DNA of 64,000 nucleotides. Origin: an uncultured delta proteobacterium (GTDB taxonomy: Bacteria > Desulfobacterota > Desulfomonilia > Desulfomonilales > Desulfomonilaceae). The position numbers and the translations under genes are program-made. Positions within the stretch are counted from its first letter, which is position 1, and the number at the start of each line of letters is the position of its first letter. The notes below the pieces were generated by a model that saw only the letters and a list, made by a program, of their open reading frames with translations, was not told the DNA's origin and did no database searches. The stretch is from NCBI GenBank assembly GCA_963789265.1, contig CAWBKB010000003.1, positions 1,024,001 through 1,088,000 of the forward strand, written 5' to 3'. Of the stretch, positions 31,869-44,259 are shown one piece after another.

Positions 31869-32898
31869 GGTTGGAGTTGTCAGGGATGATAGATACCTTG
31901 AGCACAGGACGGGCATTATTCATCCCGAGCATCCAAATCGGCTGAAGTACGTTTACAGTATGGTGGATGCGGAGTTTTCTCGGGAAGTGATCTATGTCAA
32001 GCCCCAGCCGGTCACTCTAGAGGACCTTGAGGTTGTGCACACGCCGTCGTACGTGAGAAAAGTATTGCATACTGCCAACCTAGATTTTACGCACTTAGCC
32101 CAGGATACTCCTACTAGTCCGCGTTCGTATATGGCCGCTTGGTTGGCAGTCGGCGGATGCACTACGGCCTTGGAGATGCTTCGGTCCGGAGAGTGCGATG
32201 TTTGTTTCTCTTTGGTGCGGCCTCCGGGACATCATGCACAACCGGACCGAGCCGGCGGTTTTTGCATCTTTAACAATCTTGGCATAACAGCGCGATATGC
32301 CATAAGAAGATACGACTACAAACGCATTCTGATCGTGGACTGGGATCTGCACCACGGCAACGCGTTACAGTATCTGTTTTACAATGAGAAGCAGGTGCTT
32401 TACATATCGTCTCACTATACCAATATCTTCCCGTATAGTGGAGAGTGGGAGGAGACAGGCGCAGGCGAAGGGGAAGGATACAACGTGAACATGGTGCTGA
32501 CCAAGGCAATTGAGGATTCCGATCTAATATATCTGTACTGTGAGGTTGTGGGGGAAGCTATAAGAAGGTACCAACCGGACCTGATTCTTGTGGCCGCGGG
32601 CTTTGATCTCCACGGACAAGACATTTTCAGCAGGGCAAAGATAACAGAGAAGGTCTTCGGAATACTCACTCGACTAATTCTGGATCGGAAGCGAGAAATA
32701 GGGGATCCTCCTTTGCTTCTCGCCCTTGAAGGAGGATACAGAATCCCGGCCTTGGTGAAGTCTGTCCGAGAAGTGCTTAAAGTCTTGACACAACCGGACT
32801 CTGCGATCAAACTCCCCGATGAAAGCACTTCAACGGGAGAGCAATTGTTGACAACCGCGCGTGATTTTCACTCAAAATATGGCGTGTGGACTGACTGA
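31858..32898 (+). CDS. Zn-dependent histone deacetylase family protein (AcuC-like)
   Basis: HPEHPNRL, RPPGHHA, GGFCIFNN, DWDLHHGN, AGFD and LEGGY. Confidence 0.93.
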   Translation: MALKVGVVRDDRYLEHRTGIIHPEHPNRLKYVYSMVDAEFSREVIYVKPQPVTLEDLEVVHTPSYVRKVLHTANLDFTHLAQDTPTSPRSYMAAWLAVGGCTTALEMLRSGECDVCFSLVRPPGHHAQPDRAGGFCIFNNLGITARYAIRRYDYKRILIVDWDLHHGNALQYLFYNEKQVLYISSHYTNIFPYSGEWEETGAGEGEGYNVNMVLTKAIEDSDLIYLYCEVVGEAIRRYQPDLILVAAGFDLHGQDIFSRAKITEKVFGILTRLILDRKREIGDPPLLLALEGGYRIPALVKSVREVLKVLTQPDSAIKLPDESTSTGEQLLTTARDFHSKYGVWTD

Positions 32899-34510
32899 TG
32901 CCTTCGCAGGGAGCCGGCTCATGATCAAATCAAGAATCAAAGCCGAGCGCAGTGATGCAAATCTGAGTTCTTATGACCAAGCTTACCGATCTTTCTCATG
33001 GGCCAAGGTGGAAGAAGAGTTCGCATGGAATGATTCAAATCTTACGAACATAGCGTTTGAGGCCATCGACCGTCATGCGCTGGATAGAGCGCATATCAAG
33101 GCTTTAGTCCTGGAAAAGGCCGGGAAGACCCAAAGCTTCACCTATCTGGATTTAAGAAGGATTTCTTGCCAGTGGGCCAATCTGCTTTCCCGTTATGGTT
33201 TGACCAAGGGCGATAGGTTATTTATTTACCTTGACCCGTGTCCCGAACTATATTTCGCCATGATAGCCTGCGCCCGCATGGGAGTGGTGTTCTGTCCGCT
33301 TTACCCCACGTTGGTTTTTGACGAACTTGAAGACCGTATTCGTAACGCTACGCCGACAATCATATTGACGCATCCGGACCTGGCGGAGAATCTTCCGCCC
33401 GAAGCAATGGCCGACGTCGAACATGTCCTACTCACAGAAGGCCCCACCCCAGGGCTTTTCCGAGGCGAGGCGATTATCGAAAACCTGGTTCAAGAGATGC
33501 CGGATGAATTCGAAACTGTGTGGGTCGAACGAGAGGCGCGGCTTTACCTTCTCTATACTTCCGGATCCACCGGACCCCCTAAAGGAGTGGTGCACTCCCA
33601 CCAGGATATGCTGGGACTCAAACTAACTGCCAAATACGTGCTTGAGCTGAATGAGGGCACCTTATTGTGGACCGATGGGCATCCTGCGTGGGTGTTGGGT
33701 ACGACGTACGGCACGTTTGCGCCCTGGCTGTGTGGAGCAACATCAATAGTCATGGCTGATCCGTTCTCGGCGTCTAGCTGGTATCGCACACTGGAAAAGC
33801 ACAAAGTCGAGGTATGGTACACTACTCCAAGTCGAATCAGAAGACTCATGGATGCAGGGGAGGATCTGCCTCCAAGATACGACTTCTCAAATCTGCGCCA
33901 TATTTGTACCGTCGGTGAGGCACTCGGGCCGGAGTTGTTCCACTGGGTCCGCGGTAATATAGGCTTGTCTCCACACGACACATGGTGGATGACCGAGACC
34001 GGTATGATATGCCTCGCCAACTTCCCGTCAATGGATATCAAGCCGGGATCAATGGGAAAGCCGGTACCTGGAGTGGAAGCTGCAATAGTTTCTGAAGACG
34101 GCGAGAAACTTCCCATGCTCACATTGGGCCAGTTAGCCTTTAAGCCCGGATGGCCCGCCATGATGAAAGAGATATGGCAGGACAAACTGAGATACCGGGC
34201 ATATTTCCGACTCCCCGGCTGGTTCCTGACCGGTGATATGGCCATTGTCGACGAAGATGGATATTTCTTTCATCAAGGGCGCATGGACGATCTTATCAAG
34301 TTCGGCGAGAAAATTGTCGGCCCCTATGAGATCGAACAGGTTCTTTGTAGACATCCTGCCGTGCATGAAGCTGCGGTAATTTCCAAGGAAGTTTCTCCGG
34401 GAAAATCTTCACTTAAGGCGTTCGTAACAGTGTCGGAAGGCTTTACACCGTCGATGCGGCTACGGCATGAAATCAGGGCCTTTCTCAGAAGTAATCTTTC
34501 TTCCGCAGTA

Positions 34511-34835
<325 letters not shown>

Positions 34836-34879
34836 TCAGGAGGCAGATATTTGTTTAATCTGCCGATTTCCCCAATGTG

Positions 34880-35132
34880 AAAGAGCTCCTATACTTGCTG
34901 GATGATCTTGTTTTCACCCGGATGGTCGCGATAGCTGCAGGTGTTGACGATCAGGTTCACACTCGAAAGATTCACTGCCAAGTCCCTGATAAGTTTTTTC
35001 AGTCTCGGCGGATCCGGAGACATACGCGGTGTCTAAGGGGACCGGTTCTGGCGAGCGATAAACAAAATGATTACCATTGAGGTAACCACCTTCCAAAACG
35101 AACAGGTCCTCCAATATCTCTACTGCGGTCAT
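34880..35132 (-). pseudogene. Metallo-beta-lactamase-fold gene remnant
   Basis: MTAVEILEDLFVLEGGYLNGNHFVY...LDTAY, a frameshift, then LIVNTCSYRDHPGENKIIQQV* (decayed THxHxDH motif). Confidence 0.6.
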
Positions 35133-35181
35133 ACAACACCCATCGAATAGTTGAGAGCAATTACGTGATAGCGGCAGCCTA

Positions 35182-35607
35182 TTACCTCTGAACCGCACTG
35201 ACTTTCAGCCTGATTCCTCCGTATCCCGAACAATCCACACCCACGTCAAGGCACCGAACTTGGTGCATGAAATGGAATTCTTGCGGGTCAAGGCTCTCGC
35301 TGAGCCTCTCGTTTATGAGCGCAACGGGCACGGCCAACTGAGAGACCGCGTACACGCACACCTTTTTCGGACATAATTTCGTGATGAAATTGCCATCCGC
35401 GTCAAGGACGAACTTGTCGCCGACCTTGTAGCCGGAATTGCAGTGCCTGGATTCCACCACTTCAGCTTCGATGGAGTACACGGCGAACGCAGCGGCCATT
35501 TTTCCCATGTGACGGACCCGCGGATCGTTGTCCCGAAATTTTTCCAGATCGGACTCGCTGTATCCGACACGGTCACCGAATTTCTTGAGTATCTCACTTG
35601 CTGACAT
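35182..35607 (-). CDS. Cys-motif conserved hypothetical protein (TIGR04076-like)
   Basis: VVESRHCNSGYKVGDKF, CPKKVC and CLDVGVDC; GGAGG RBS. Confidence 0.7.
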   Translation of the reverse strand: MSASEILKKFGDRVGYSESDLEKFRDNDPRVRHMGKMAAAFAVYSIEAEVVESRHCNSGYKVGDKFVLDADGNFITKLCPKKVCVYAVSQLAVPVALINERLSESLDPQEFHFMHQVRCLDVGVDCSGYGGIRLKVSAVQR

Positions 35608-35854
35608 GCTTACCTCCCAGGGATGAATCGAACGCTGTTTATGCTGTTGAAAATGCAGGACTCCTTCTTACCTATGGCGCCGGGCTGAAGACCACCATGC
35701 AACTGCCGAACGGGAGTTTTGCGGAGGGACCGGGGATGCTGATGGTCCCTCCACGGAAAATCTCCCAAAAATCCAGTCGATTTGGCCGAAAAAAGTACTC
35801 CGCATGTCTCTTCAGATCAGTCGCACACTTCGTCACTCGATCCCAATATCATGA

Positions 35855-36955
35855 TCAGGTTTCGGATTTCCTTGTTGCGACGAGTGGAACAAGAGATGTC
35901 CCTCGAAGACGCGACACTTGCATCAGATAGTCTTTGTCCGTAGCTGGAGGTTCGCGTCGTTCCGATTCGGGCTTTTGTCTCAAAGACGCAGCTCCGGTGG
36001 GACACGTCGTGACGCACAACCCGCAACCGATGCATCTGTCGAGGTCAACCTCCGCTATGTCATTGGCTCCCACCCTAATGGCTTCCGTTTGGCAGCGAGG
36101 TACACAAGTCTCACAAGCCGAACAGGCTTCGGGGTCAATGGCCGCGTAGTAATTGGTCAACACCTTTTCCGCAGGCTTGGGGTGCAATTTAATGGACCGC
36201 AGAATTTCACAGCAGTCCCCGCAACAGTTGCAGAGCGCTCCTGCGTCTTGACCGGCGAAGGGTTGGGAGACTAGGCCGGCTTCTTCGCACCTGTCTATTA
36301 TGTCGAGAGCTTCCTCTTTAGTGACGAATCGACTCATGCCTTTATCAACGTAATAGTCCGCATGGCTGCCGAACTGAAAGCACGTCTCCAGCGGCTTACC
36401 ACATCCCTTGTCCAAAAGGCTCTGCTGTACTCGGCATACGCAGCGTGCGACGGAGATTCTTTCTTTTCCTTGGATGATCTGCCTCACGTCTTCGTACGGC
36501 GCTACCGACCACAAATGGTCGATTGACCTGTGAACTGGTATGGTCCGCAATGGAGGAAATTGGGATATTCCTTCCTTGCCCAATGCTTCAAGCATGTATT
36601 GCTCGAAAAGTTCCGCGAATTCTCCGCCCATGTCTTTCACCTGGAAATCGTACGAACCCGGCACAAATGGCACCGCTCCGTACTTAACGGAGGCCCCTTT
36701 CTTCATCCGGAAAATCAGCCCCTTATCCGTCATGCGTTCCAGAAGCGCGACAATCTCGTTCGGCTCCCACCCGATACGCTGCGCCAGCGCTTCCGACGCT
36801 TCAAGCATCAAGCTGAGATTGAGGTACAGTTCGGCCTCTTGTTCCGTAAAGAGCTTTTCCAGTATTTTAATCTCGACCCCGGATTCGGTTGAAGGGAATC
36901 CGCTTGCATATTGATCCAACTGTTCACGCAGATCGTAGTAAACCTTGCTGGTCAT
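35855..36955 (-). CDS. 4Fe-4S ferredoxin-domain protein
   Basis: CVCR, CNCCGDCC and two CxxCxxCxxxC motifs. Confidence 0.88.
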   Translation of the reverse strand: MTSKVYYDLREQLDQYASGFPSTESGVEIKILEKLFTEQEAELYLNLSLMLEASEALAQRIGWEPNEIVALLERMTDKGLIFRMKKGASVKYGAVPFVPGSYDFQVKDMGGEFAELFEQYMLEALGKEGISQFPPLRTIPVHRSIDHLWSVAPYEDVRQIIQGKERISVARCVCRVQQSLLDKGCGKPLETCFQFGSHADYYVDKGMSRFVTKEEALDIIDRCEEAGLVSQPFAGQDAGALCNCCGDCCEILRSIKLHPKPAEKVLTNYYAAIDPEACSACETCVPRCQTEAIRVGANDIAEVDLDRCIGCGLCVTTCPTGAASLRQKPESERREPPATDKDYLMQVSRLRGTSLVPLVATRKSET

Positions 36956-37027
36956 CTTGCACTCCTTGAGGACGACAGGGCAGTCCCGCCGTTCTTGGGC
37001 TGTGTGTTCCACACGTTTATTACTGGT

Positions 37028-37453
37028 CTATTTCTTCCGGACTTCCATTTTGACATCCATGACGATTCGCACCCAGCTTTCGTATTCCAACCAGCCGTCA
37101 AAGCATCCAGTCCTCTTCAATTTCATTTCATCGGCGTCCATTTCGGCATAAAGCAGCTCGTTCATTGCGATGCCGCGGACTTGGAGAGCAGTCACAGCGT
37201 GAATGCACATCCTTTTGGGGCAGAGCTTTGAGATAAGGGTGCCCCTGTTCAGGTAGAACTTGTCGCGCAGTTTTTGTTGGCTATTGCAACCGAGGGATTC
37301 CTGAACTTCCGCTACGATGGTCTTATTCATGAGCTCGGGAGCTTTCACGAGGATGTCAGCGTCCCCCGGGTCGCTTTTGAAGAGTTCCATCTCCTCATTC
37401 GAATATCTCGGATGGTTCCGGGCGACTTCCCACACTTCGTTGTTCATTTCCAT
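37028..37453 (-). CDS. Paralogue of 35182-35607, possibly decaying
   Basis: AEVQESLGCNSQ...DKFY...SKLCPKRMC; the last Cys of the motif is lost. Confidence 0.65.
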   Translation of the reverse strand: MEMNNEVWEVARNHPRYSNEEMELFKSDPGDADILVKAPELMNKTIVAEVQESLGCNSQQKLRDKFYLNRGTLISKLCPKRMCIHAVTALQVRGIAMNELLYAEMDADEMKLKRTGCFDGWLEYESWVRIVMDVKMEVRKK

Positions 37454-37766
37454 CGGCCTCTCGGCCTTCAATAATCTCAACACCGACTGTAACCCCTGCA
37501 ACAAGACGATTCTGCTCCTGAACGGATTATTGCTGCGGGTGGACGGATTCTCGTGTTTATCATGCCTTTAATTGTCGGCTCAACTCGGCTCGAAACGCCG
37601 TCCATCAAGAATTCGTGCGCCACGCGGACGAATTTATGGTAGTTAGCGCGGCGAGGCCGTGGTATGCTCGAACCTGTTCTTGGTGATCAGAACCGAAGCC
37701 GAATGTTTAGCCTGTCGTGATTCGGTCGCGAAAGATTTCGACCGCAAACTTGGCCGACCGGAGGCA

Positions 37767-38795
37767 ATGATGACGGAACTCCTGTCAAGAATGCTCGTTA
37801 CCCGCGCCAACGCAGAAGAGTTCCGAACCCAAATCGGAGCCCTATTCGGTCACCTGGCTAAAGACGTGACCGAGGTTTCCATCGTCGCCGAGGGGCCGCT
37901 GTTCAGCGGCAAATTGGAGGTGCATCCTGTGCGACCGGGCCTGCGGCTTTTTGCGATGAACGTGGAAACACAGCGGGACCTCCAACTCAATGTTGCTCCG
38001 GTAAATCCGGGCGTCTTTTTTTCTCTGGTCCTCAATGGCCGTTCCGAGTACACTGTGCAGCGTCCGGCGGGATGTCATGATCAATGGGAATTTCTCCCCG
38101 GCCGGAACGTCGTAGGAACTTTCCAGCCGGAAGAGTCGCATTGGAAGGTGTCCGCGCGGGATTCTCACCGCTTGGTGGAACTTCATATTGCTTCAGGTAG
38201 AGCCTCGCAGCTCCTTTCAGAATATCTCGAGTCAACACCGGGGCACATAAATCCCGTTATGGCCCAATCCAACGCCTTCCCCAGACATATCCAGCAAGCC
38301 CTCACGCCTGAACTAAGGATCGTTGCGCACCAGGTCCTCAACTGCCCGCTGGAAGGATCCGCAAAGCGCCTCTTCATGGAGAGCAAGGCGCTGGAAATCC
38401 TGGCCCTTCAATTGGACACGCTCTCATCGTCAAATCCGAGAGAACGAGCCAAGCGAACCAAAGAGGAACTCAAACGCCTTGAGGAGGCCCGGAGAATCCT
38501 CGACAAGGAGTTCGCTGATCCTCCGTCACTACTGATGCTGGCTCGTCGTGTGGGCTTGAATGATTTCAAGCTCAAGCGCGGGTTTCGAGAGGTCTATCAC
38601 ACCACCGTCTTCGGCCACGTCCGGATGCTCAGAATGGAGAAGGCTCTGAATATGCTCGAAACCAGTGATTTCAACGTAAGCGAGGTTGCTGTTGCCACCG
38701 GATATACGTGCTTCGGCCACTTCTCCGGGGCCTTCCGCAAGAGGTTTGGCATCGCTCCTCGAGACTTCAAGAAGGGACGACGGTCAATTGAATGA
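37767..38795 (+). CDS. AraC-family regulator (PchR-like)
   Basis: ESKALEIL, LARRVGLNDFKLKRGF and VSEVAVATGY...HFSGAFRKRFG. Confidence 0.92.
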   Translation: MMTELLSRMLVTRANAEEFRTQIGALFGHLAKDVTEVSIVAEGPLFSGKLEVHPVRPGLRLFAMNVETQRDLQLNVAPVNPGVFFSLVLNGRSEYTVQRPAGCHDQWEFLPGRNVVGTFQPEESHWKVSARDSHRLVELHIASGRASQLLSEYLESTPGHINPVMAQSNAFPRHIQQALTPELRIVAHQVLNCPLEGSAKRLFMESKALEILALQLDTLSSSNPRERAKRTKEELKRLEEARRILDKEFADPPSLLMLARRVGLNDFKLKRGFREVYHTTVFGHVRMLRMEKALNMLETSDFNVSEVAVATGYTCFGHFSGAFRKRFGIAPRDFKKGRRSIE

Positions 38796-39101
38796 AGTTG
38801 ACTTCATCAGCAAGCTTCCCAAAACTCGATCCGGTAAACTTCTAAGGAGAGTCTTAAGGGCGCGCGAGTTGGGTCTTCCTGAGGGTGATTTATTGGGCTT
38901 ACAGGACGAGCCTTTCTCAAAACACGAAGTCTGACGGAAGGCGGCGGCACTTCTGCTCCGGATTTAGATTCTCACCTGCGGCGTCTTTCCGGGCAAGGAT
39001 TGCGTACAGTGCCGGCAACACCAGTAGCGTCAAGGCCGTACTCGAGATCAATCCACCGATGACCACGGTAGCCAAGGGTCTTTGCACCTCAGCTCCGGTT
39101 C
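38785..39101. repeat. Direct repeat copy 2 (acsA 3' end plus czcA 3' end)
   Basis: Aligns with 34511-34828. Confidence 0.9.
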
Positions 39102-42100
39102 CCGTGGACAGCGCCATCGGCACAAACCCCAAAGACGCAACAAGTGCCGTCATAAGCACAGGCCGAAGTCTCTTCAACGACCCCGCGACAAGTGCCTCGT
39201 CCGGAGGCGTCCCCTGTTGCCGTAACTGATTGATCAAGGTGACCATGACCAAACCGTTGAGAACAGCAACACCGGCAAGAGCGATGAAACCCACGGCGGC
39301 AGTTATGGAAAAAGGCATCCCTCGCACCCAAAGAGAAACGATCCCTCCGGTTAAAGCCAACGGGACGCCGGTAAAAACGAGCAAAGCATATTTCACCGAG
39401 TTGAAAGCGCTGAACAGCAGCAAGAAAATCAAAAAGAGACAGACCGGAATTACAATACTCAGCCGTTTCCTTGCAGCCAAAAGGTTCTCGAACTGACCGC
39501 CCCAATCCAACCATTGCCCTGGAGGGATTTTTACTTGACGGCCAATCTTTTGTTGGGCCTCTGCAACGAAGGAACCCAGGTCCCGTCCCCTCACGTTCGC
39601 CTGTACAACCACTCGGCGTTTGCCGTTTTCCCGGCTGACCTGGTTAAGGCCTTCTTTAACTTCTATCTTGGCCACTGCCTTAAGAGGAACAAAGTACCGT
39701 CTCTCTGATTCCTTTTTCTCAGGCGCTTCTTTTTGTTCGGGATTCCTGGAGAGAGTCGCGAGAAGTACTCTTCCTTCTCCTGCCTTTGGAAGAGGGACAG
39801 GCAAGGTTTCAAGGGCTTCAACATCATTCCGTAGACTTTCAGGCAGCCTGACGATGATGTCGAACCGCCGGTCTCCTTCAAATACCAGCCCTGCTTCTCT
39901 GCCGCCGACAGCAATTGCCACGGCATCATGGACATCCGCCATGCTCAATCCGTAGCGTGAGATGGCCGAACGATCCGTTTTCACCTCAATGGTAGGAGCT
40001 CCCTGTGTCTGCTCCACCTTCACGTCTGCTGCCCCCTGAACTTTCTTGATTACCTCGGCAATGATGTTTGCCGTCTTCACCATATCTTTGAAACTGTCCC
40101 CGTAAACCTTCACCGCAACGTCACTCCGAACCCCTGCTATGAGTTCGTTGAAGCGCATCTGAATCGGCTGGGTAAACTCGTAATTGTTGCCCGGCAATTT
40201 CTTCAGTGCCTTCTCAAGGCGCTCTATCACCTCCTGTTTCGGTTCCTCAGGGTCGGGCCATTGTTCGCGTGGTTTGAGAATCACAAAGGTGTCCGTAAGG
40301 TTGGGTGGCATCGGATCATTTGCCATCTCCCGCGGTGCCAGTCTTTGAATAGACAGAAGCTACCTCGGGAAATCCCTCAATCGTTTTTTCAACTTCAAAC
40401 TGCATCTGCGTGGACTGGGTGAGGCTTGTGCCGGGGATGCGGGCCGGTTGGACTAATATGTCTTTTTCGTCCAGCGTCGGGACAAACTCTTGGCCCAATT
40501 GCCCAAAAAGGAGCAAGGATGCAGCAAAGACTACTACTGCCGCAAGTACGACAGTGAACTTGTATTGAATCGCCAATTTCAAGCCGGGCTCATATAGCCG
40601 TTCGGCGATTCGCATCAACAAGTTCTTCGTCTCTTTTACCCGTCCCCTGATAACGATCGCGACCATCGCGGGAACAAACGTCATAGAAAGGATAAAGGCG
40701 GACACAAGGGCCAATATGACGGTCATTGCCATAGGATGAAACATCTTACCCTCTACGCCAGTCAGTGAGAGGATGGGAAAATAGACGGTTATGATGATGG
40801 CTTGACCGAAGACCGAGGGTTGAATCATCTCCTTACTTGCGAACATTACTTCTTGCAGACGCTCCGGCAGGGTCAACAAACGACCGAGTTCATGTTGCCT
40901 CTCTCCCAGTCGGCGCAAGCAATTCTCTATGATAATCACTGCTCCATCAACGATGAGGCCAAAGTCAATAGCTCCCAGGCTCATGAGGTTTCCGCTGATT
41001 TTCATCTGCACCATGCCTGTGGCTGCCATGAGCATGGAAAGAGGAATAACGGCCGCAGTAATCAATGCCGCGCGAAAGTTCCCCAGCAAAAGAAACAACA
41101 CGGTAATTACCAATAATGCGCCTTCAGTCAAGTTCCGCCTCACCGTGGCGATGGTGGCATCGACCAACTTCACCCGGCTTAAGACAGGTTTGGCATGAAT
41201 GTCCACGGGGAGCGTAGAGTTGATCTTGTCCAATTTCGCCGCCACCGCCGCGGCAACGGTTCGGCTATTTGCTCCTATGAGCATCCAGGCAGTTCCCACA
41301 ACCAACTCCCGCCCGTTTTCACTCGCGCTGCCGGTCCTTAACTCCATTCCTATGGAAACAGTCGCCACGTCGTGGATGTGGATCGGAATTCCGGCTCGTG
41401 TCGCCACCACGATGTTCGCAATCTGTTCTTGGCTCGCGATCCGCCCTTCGGCTCGCACCACATAAGATTCGCCTTGGCGCTCGATGTATCCAGCCCCCGT
41501 GCTCAAGTTGTTCCGCTGTATCGCTTCGATGAGATCCTTGAACGAAAGTCCGTAAGAATAAAGCTTCATTGGGTCCGGCTGAACGTGATATTTCTTCTCA
41601 TACCCGCCGATTGCATCTATGTCAGCTACGCCATGCAATCCTTTGAGTTGAGGACGGATAATCCAGTCTTGAATAGTTCGGAGATAAGCCGTTTGTTCCA
41701 GCCCCGTGGTCAATCTGTGACCTTCCGGCGTCAAATATGCCCCATCACTCTGCCATCCGGGCGATCCATCCTTTATCTGAGCACCGTTTCCTCCAGGATG
41801 CTCGTAATCCACGGTCCAAACGTATACCTCGCCGAGACCCGTGGTAATGGCCCCCATTTGAGGCTCTGTTCCGCTAGGCAGAGTCTTTCGCGCTTCAAGC
41901 AGCCTCTCATTGACCTGCTGCCTGCCAAAGTAAATGTCTATGTTGTCCCCGAACACCGCGACAACTTGCGAGAAGCCATTTCGGGACAGGGATCTCGTAC
42001 CGATGAGACCCGGAATCCCGGCCAATGCCGTCTCCAGTGGAAACGTGACCTGTTTTTCAATTTCGACTGGAGACAGTCCGGCAACGACGGTGTTGATTTG

Positions 42101-42241
42101 AACTTGATTTGGAGTGATGTCAGGTACGGCATCAATCGGCAATCGCTGTAACGAATACACCCCAATCCCTGCAAGCGCCGCAATGCCGAGAACAATGAGA
42201 AATCTGTGTTCAATAGAGAATTGCAATATCCGTTCGAGCAT
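38917..42241 (-). CDS. czcA: CusA/CzcA heavy-metal efflux RND permease; frameshift near 40330
   Basis: LPIDAVPDIT, GNLMSLGAIDFGLIVDGAVIIIEN, DPMPPN and RLRPVLMTA. Confidence 0.92.
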
Positions 42242-42293
42242 GAACTACACCTTAGTACTCTGTTTCATGGATTCGGTCACGTATTTTCACAGT

Positions 42294-42389
42294 GGAAATT
42301 GCTTTCCCGCGGGAACGCGGGATTTCACTCCTCGCAATGACATTCCCACTACCTGCCATTGCGAGTCCCGCCTCGCGGGAAAGCAATCT
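42294..42389. repeat. Inverted pair of ATTGCT..CTCGCAATGAC-type intergenic repeats
   Basis: attgcttt...ctcgcaatgaca / tgccattgcgag...aagcaatct, between czcB and czcA. Confidence 0.7.
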
Positions 42390-42532
42390 TCTTCCCTACC
42401 GGGTCTTAACGTCACCGTATTTGCGAAAAGGAAGACTCGGTCATTTTCGCTTATTTCCGGCCGCCCGCCTTACTCTGCATGCCATTTTAGCAAGCGGATC
42501 ATACCTATTTCCGGCAGATTCCGCCGCAGGCC

Positions 42533-43798
42533 TCAGTCGTTGTCCTTGGCTTCAGACTTCCCGAGATCGGCTTTGAGCAGAAAACTCTGCTTGCTCACAA
42601 ACTCATCCCCGGCATTAATGCCTGAAACGATCTCGACCTCAGTTCCATTCTGGCGACCGATCTTGACTGTCCGAGCCTCAAATCCTTCGCCTTCGCGGAC
42701 GAAGACCACAGACTTTCCGTCAATCGTCTGAAGAGCCGCCTTCGGCACGAGTATCCCTGCATCAACGGTTTTTGTCGTAACCTTCGCGGTCACAAAGAGT
42801 CCCGGCGTCCATTGCCTCTTGGGGTTCGGAAGGACGACCCGAGCGACGGCCGAACGCGTTTTATCTAAAAGCACAGGTACCAGATATGCGATGACCCCTT
42901 GCGCGTCAGGAATGCCGTTGCCCGTGGAAATGGTGACTGTCTGGCCCTGCTTCACGTAGGGCAGATCTTTCTGGGAAACGTTGATATTTGCCCACACAGA
43001 GCCCAGGTCTGAAATTACGAAGGCTTCGTAGTCGTCTTTTCTCATTTCTCCAATCGTTATTCGCTTGCTGAGAACCGTCCCCGCGAACGGGGCGACGACC
43101 TCGTACCTGGTCAGTGAGTCATCCTCCGGACGCTTGGGAAGCTCTTTCAGGTCATCTGCCGATAAGCCCATAGCAAGAAGCTTTTGTTTGTACGATCTGC
43201 GCTCAATGTCAGCCTCTTGAGAAGCGTTTTTCATTTCGAGAAGTTGTTTCTCAGTAACCAACCGATCTTTGAAGAGGCTCTCGTATTTCGTGAAATTCGT
43301 CTGGACAAGCTCCACTTTGGACAATGCGGTCAAATATTTCGCCTTAGCTTCTGCGAGTTGTCTGCTCTCGATGACAGCCATCACTTCACCGGCGCTCACC
43401 GTATCCCCGATGTTTTTCCGAACTTCGCTCACCACCCCCGTCAACCGGGGCACAATTTGGGCAGTGCGGTCCCAATTGACCGTGATTTCGGCGGGAAAAC
43501 TTAGACTGATGCCCAGCTCACCGGGTCCTGCAGTTTCAACTTCGATTCCGAAACGTTCTATCTCTTCTGGGGGTAGAATTATGTATTTCTGGTCTTCATG
43601 TTTCTCTCCGTATTCGTGACTTTCTCGGTGTTGCGCCTTGTCCTGATTCTGAAAGCCCTTCTTGTCCACGGGCTTTTCAGTCTTTTGGGTCTGATCCGGG
43701 GAAACGGATGCCTGCCCAAAGTTACGGCTCGCCAAAGCAGCTAGCAGTACGACGGCTATGATCGCCACAACAAACATAGATTTCCACTCATGTTTCAT
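42533..43798 (-). CDS. czcB: CzcB/CusB membrane fusion protein
   Basis: N-terminal TM, His-containing linker, lipoyl-like VAPFAGTV and EIVSGINAGD. Confidence 0.9.
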   Translation of the reverse strand: MKHEWKSMFVVAIIAVVLLAALASRNFGQASVSPDQTQKTEKPVDKKGFQNQDKAQHRESHEYGEKHEDQKYIILPPEEIERFGIEVETAGPGELGISLSFPAEITVNWDRTAQIVPRLTGVVSEVRKNIGDTVSAGEVMAVIESRQLAEAKAKYLTALSKVELVQTNFTKYESLFKDRLVTEKQLLEMKNASQEADIERRSYKQKLLAMGLSADDLKELPKRPEDDSLTRYEVVAPFAGTVLSKRITIGEMRKDDYEAFVISDLGSVWANINVSQKDLPYVKQGQTVTISTGNGIPDAQGVIAYLVPVLLDKTRSAVARVVLPNPKRQWTPGLFVTAKVTTKTVDAGILVPKAALQTIDGKSVVFVREGEGFEARTVKIGRQNGTEVEIVSGINAGDEFVSKQSFLLKADLGKSEAKDND

Positions 43799-43829
43799 TG
43801 CTACTTCTCCGTCCGAAGTGGGACTACCC

Positions 43830-44051
43830 TCAATCGGGCCTGGAACCATCGTTCCAGGCCCGATTGAGGGGCTCCATTGCCCTATCAGCCTCACGTTCAA
43901 GTCTTCTAAACGTTTCGTTTTGCCTCTTCTGAACGGCCTCTACGCGTTTCCACCTCCGGTCGAGTTCAGAGCGAAGGCTGTCCGCCGACAGAGCCATAGG
44001 AACCGGAATCAATAAGATGATAAGAGCCAAAATAGCGGTGAGTCTTTTCAT
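43830..44051 (-). CDS. Small exported coiled-coil protein
   Basis: Signal peptide MKRLTAILALIILLIPVPMALSA; GAGGAG RBS. Confidence 0.6.
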   Translation of the reverse strand: MKRLTAILALIILLIPVPMALSADSLRSELDRRWKRVEAVQKRQNETFRRLEREADRAMEPLNRAWNDGSRPD

Positions 44052-44259
44052 TGTACCGCTCCTCTGCGCTGCATTTGCAGCGCATCTCGGAAGATGCAGA
44101 GTGCATGCCGCGGTTTTCTCAAGTGATTTGCCCCTACTTCCTCCTGTGTCCGGGAAGAACCCGAGTGTGCAATCGTCTTGGATAGATGATGCTTGAAGAC
44201 GGCAGACCGCTACACACTCTTTCGCAGGCGAGACGCGGCGAATCTACTTCAGGAACGTA

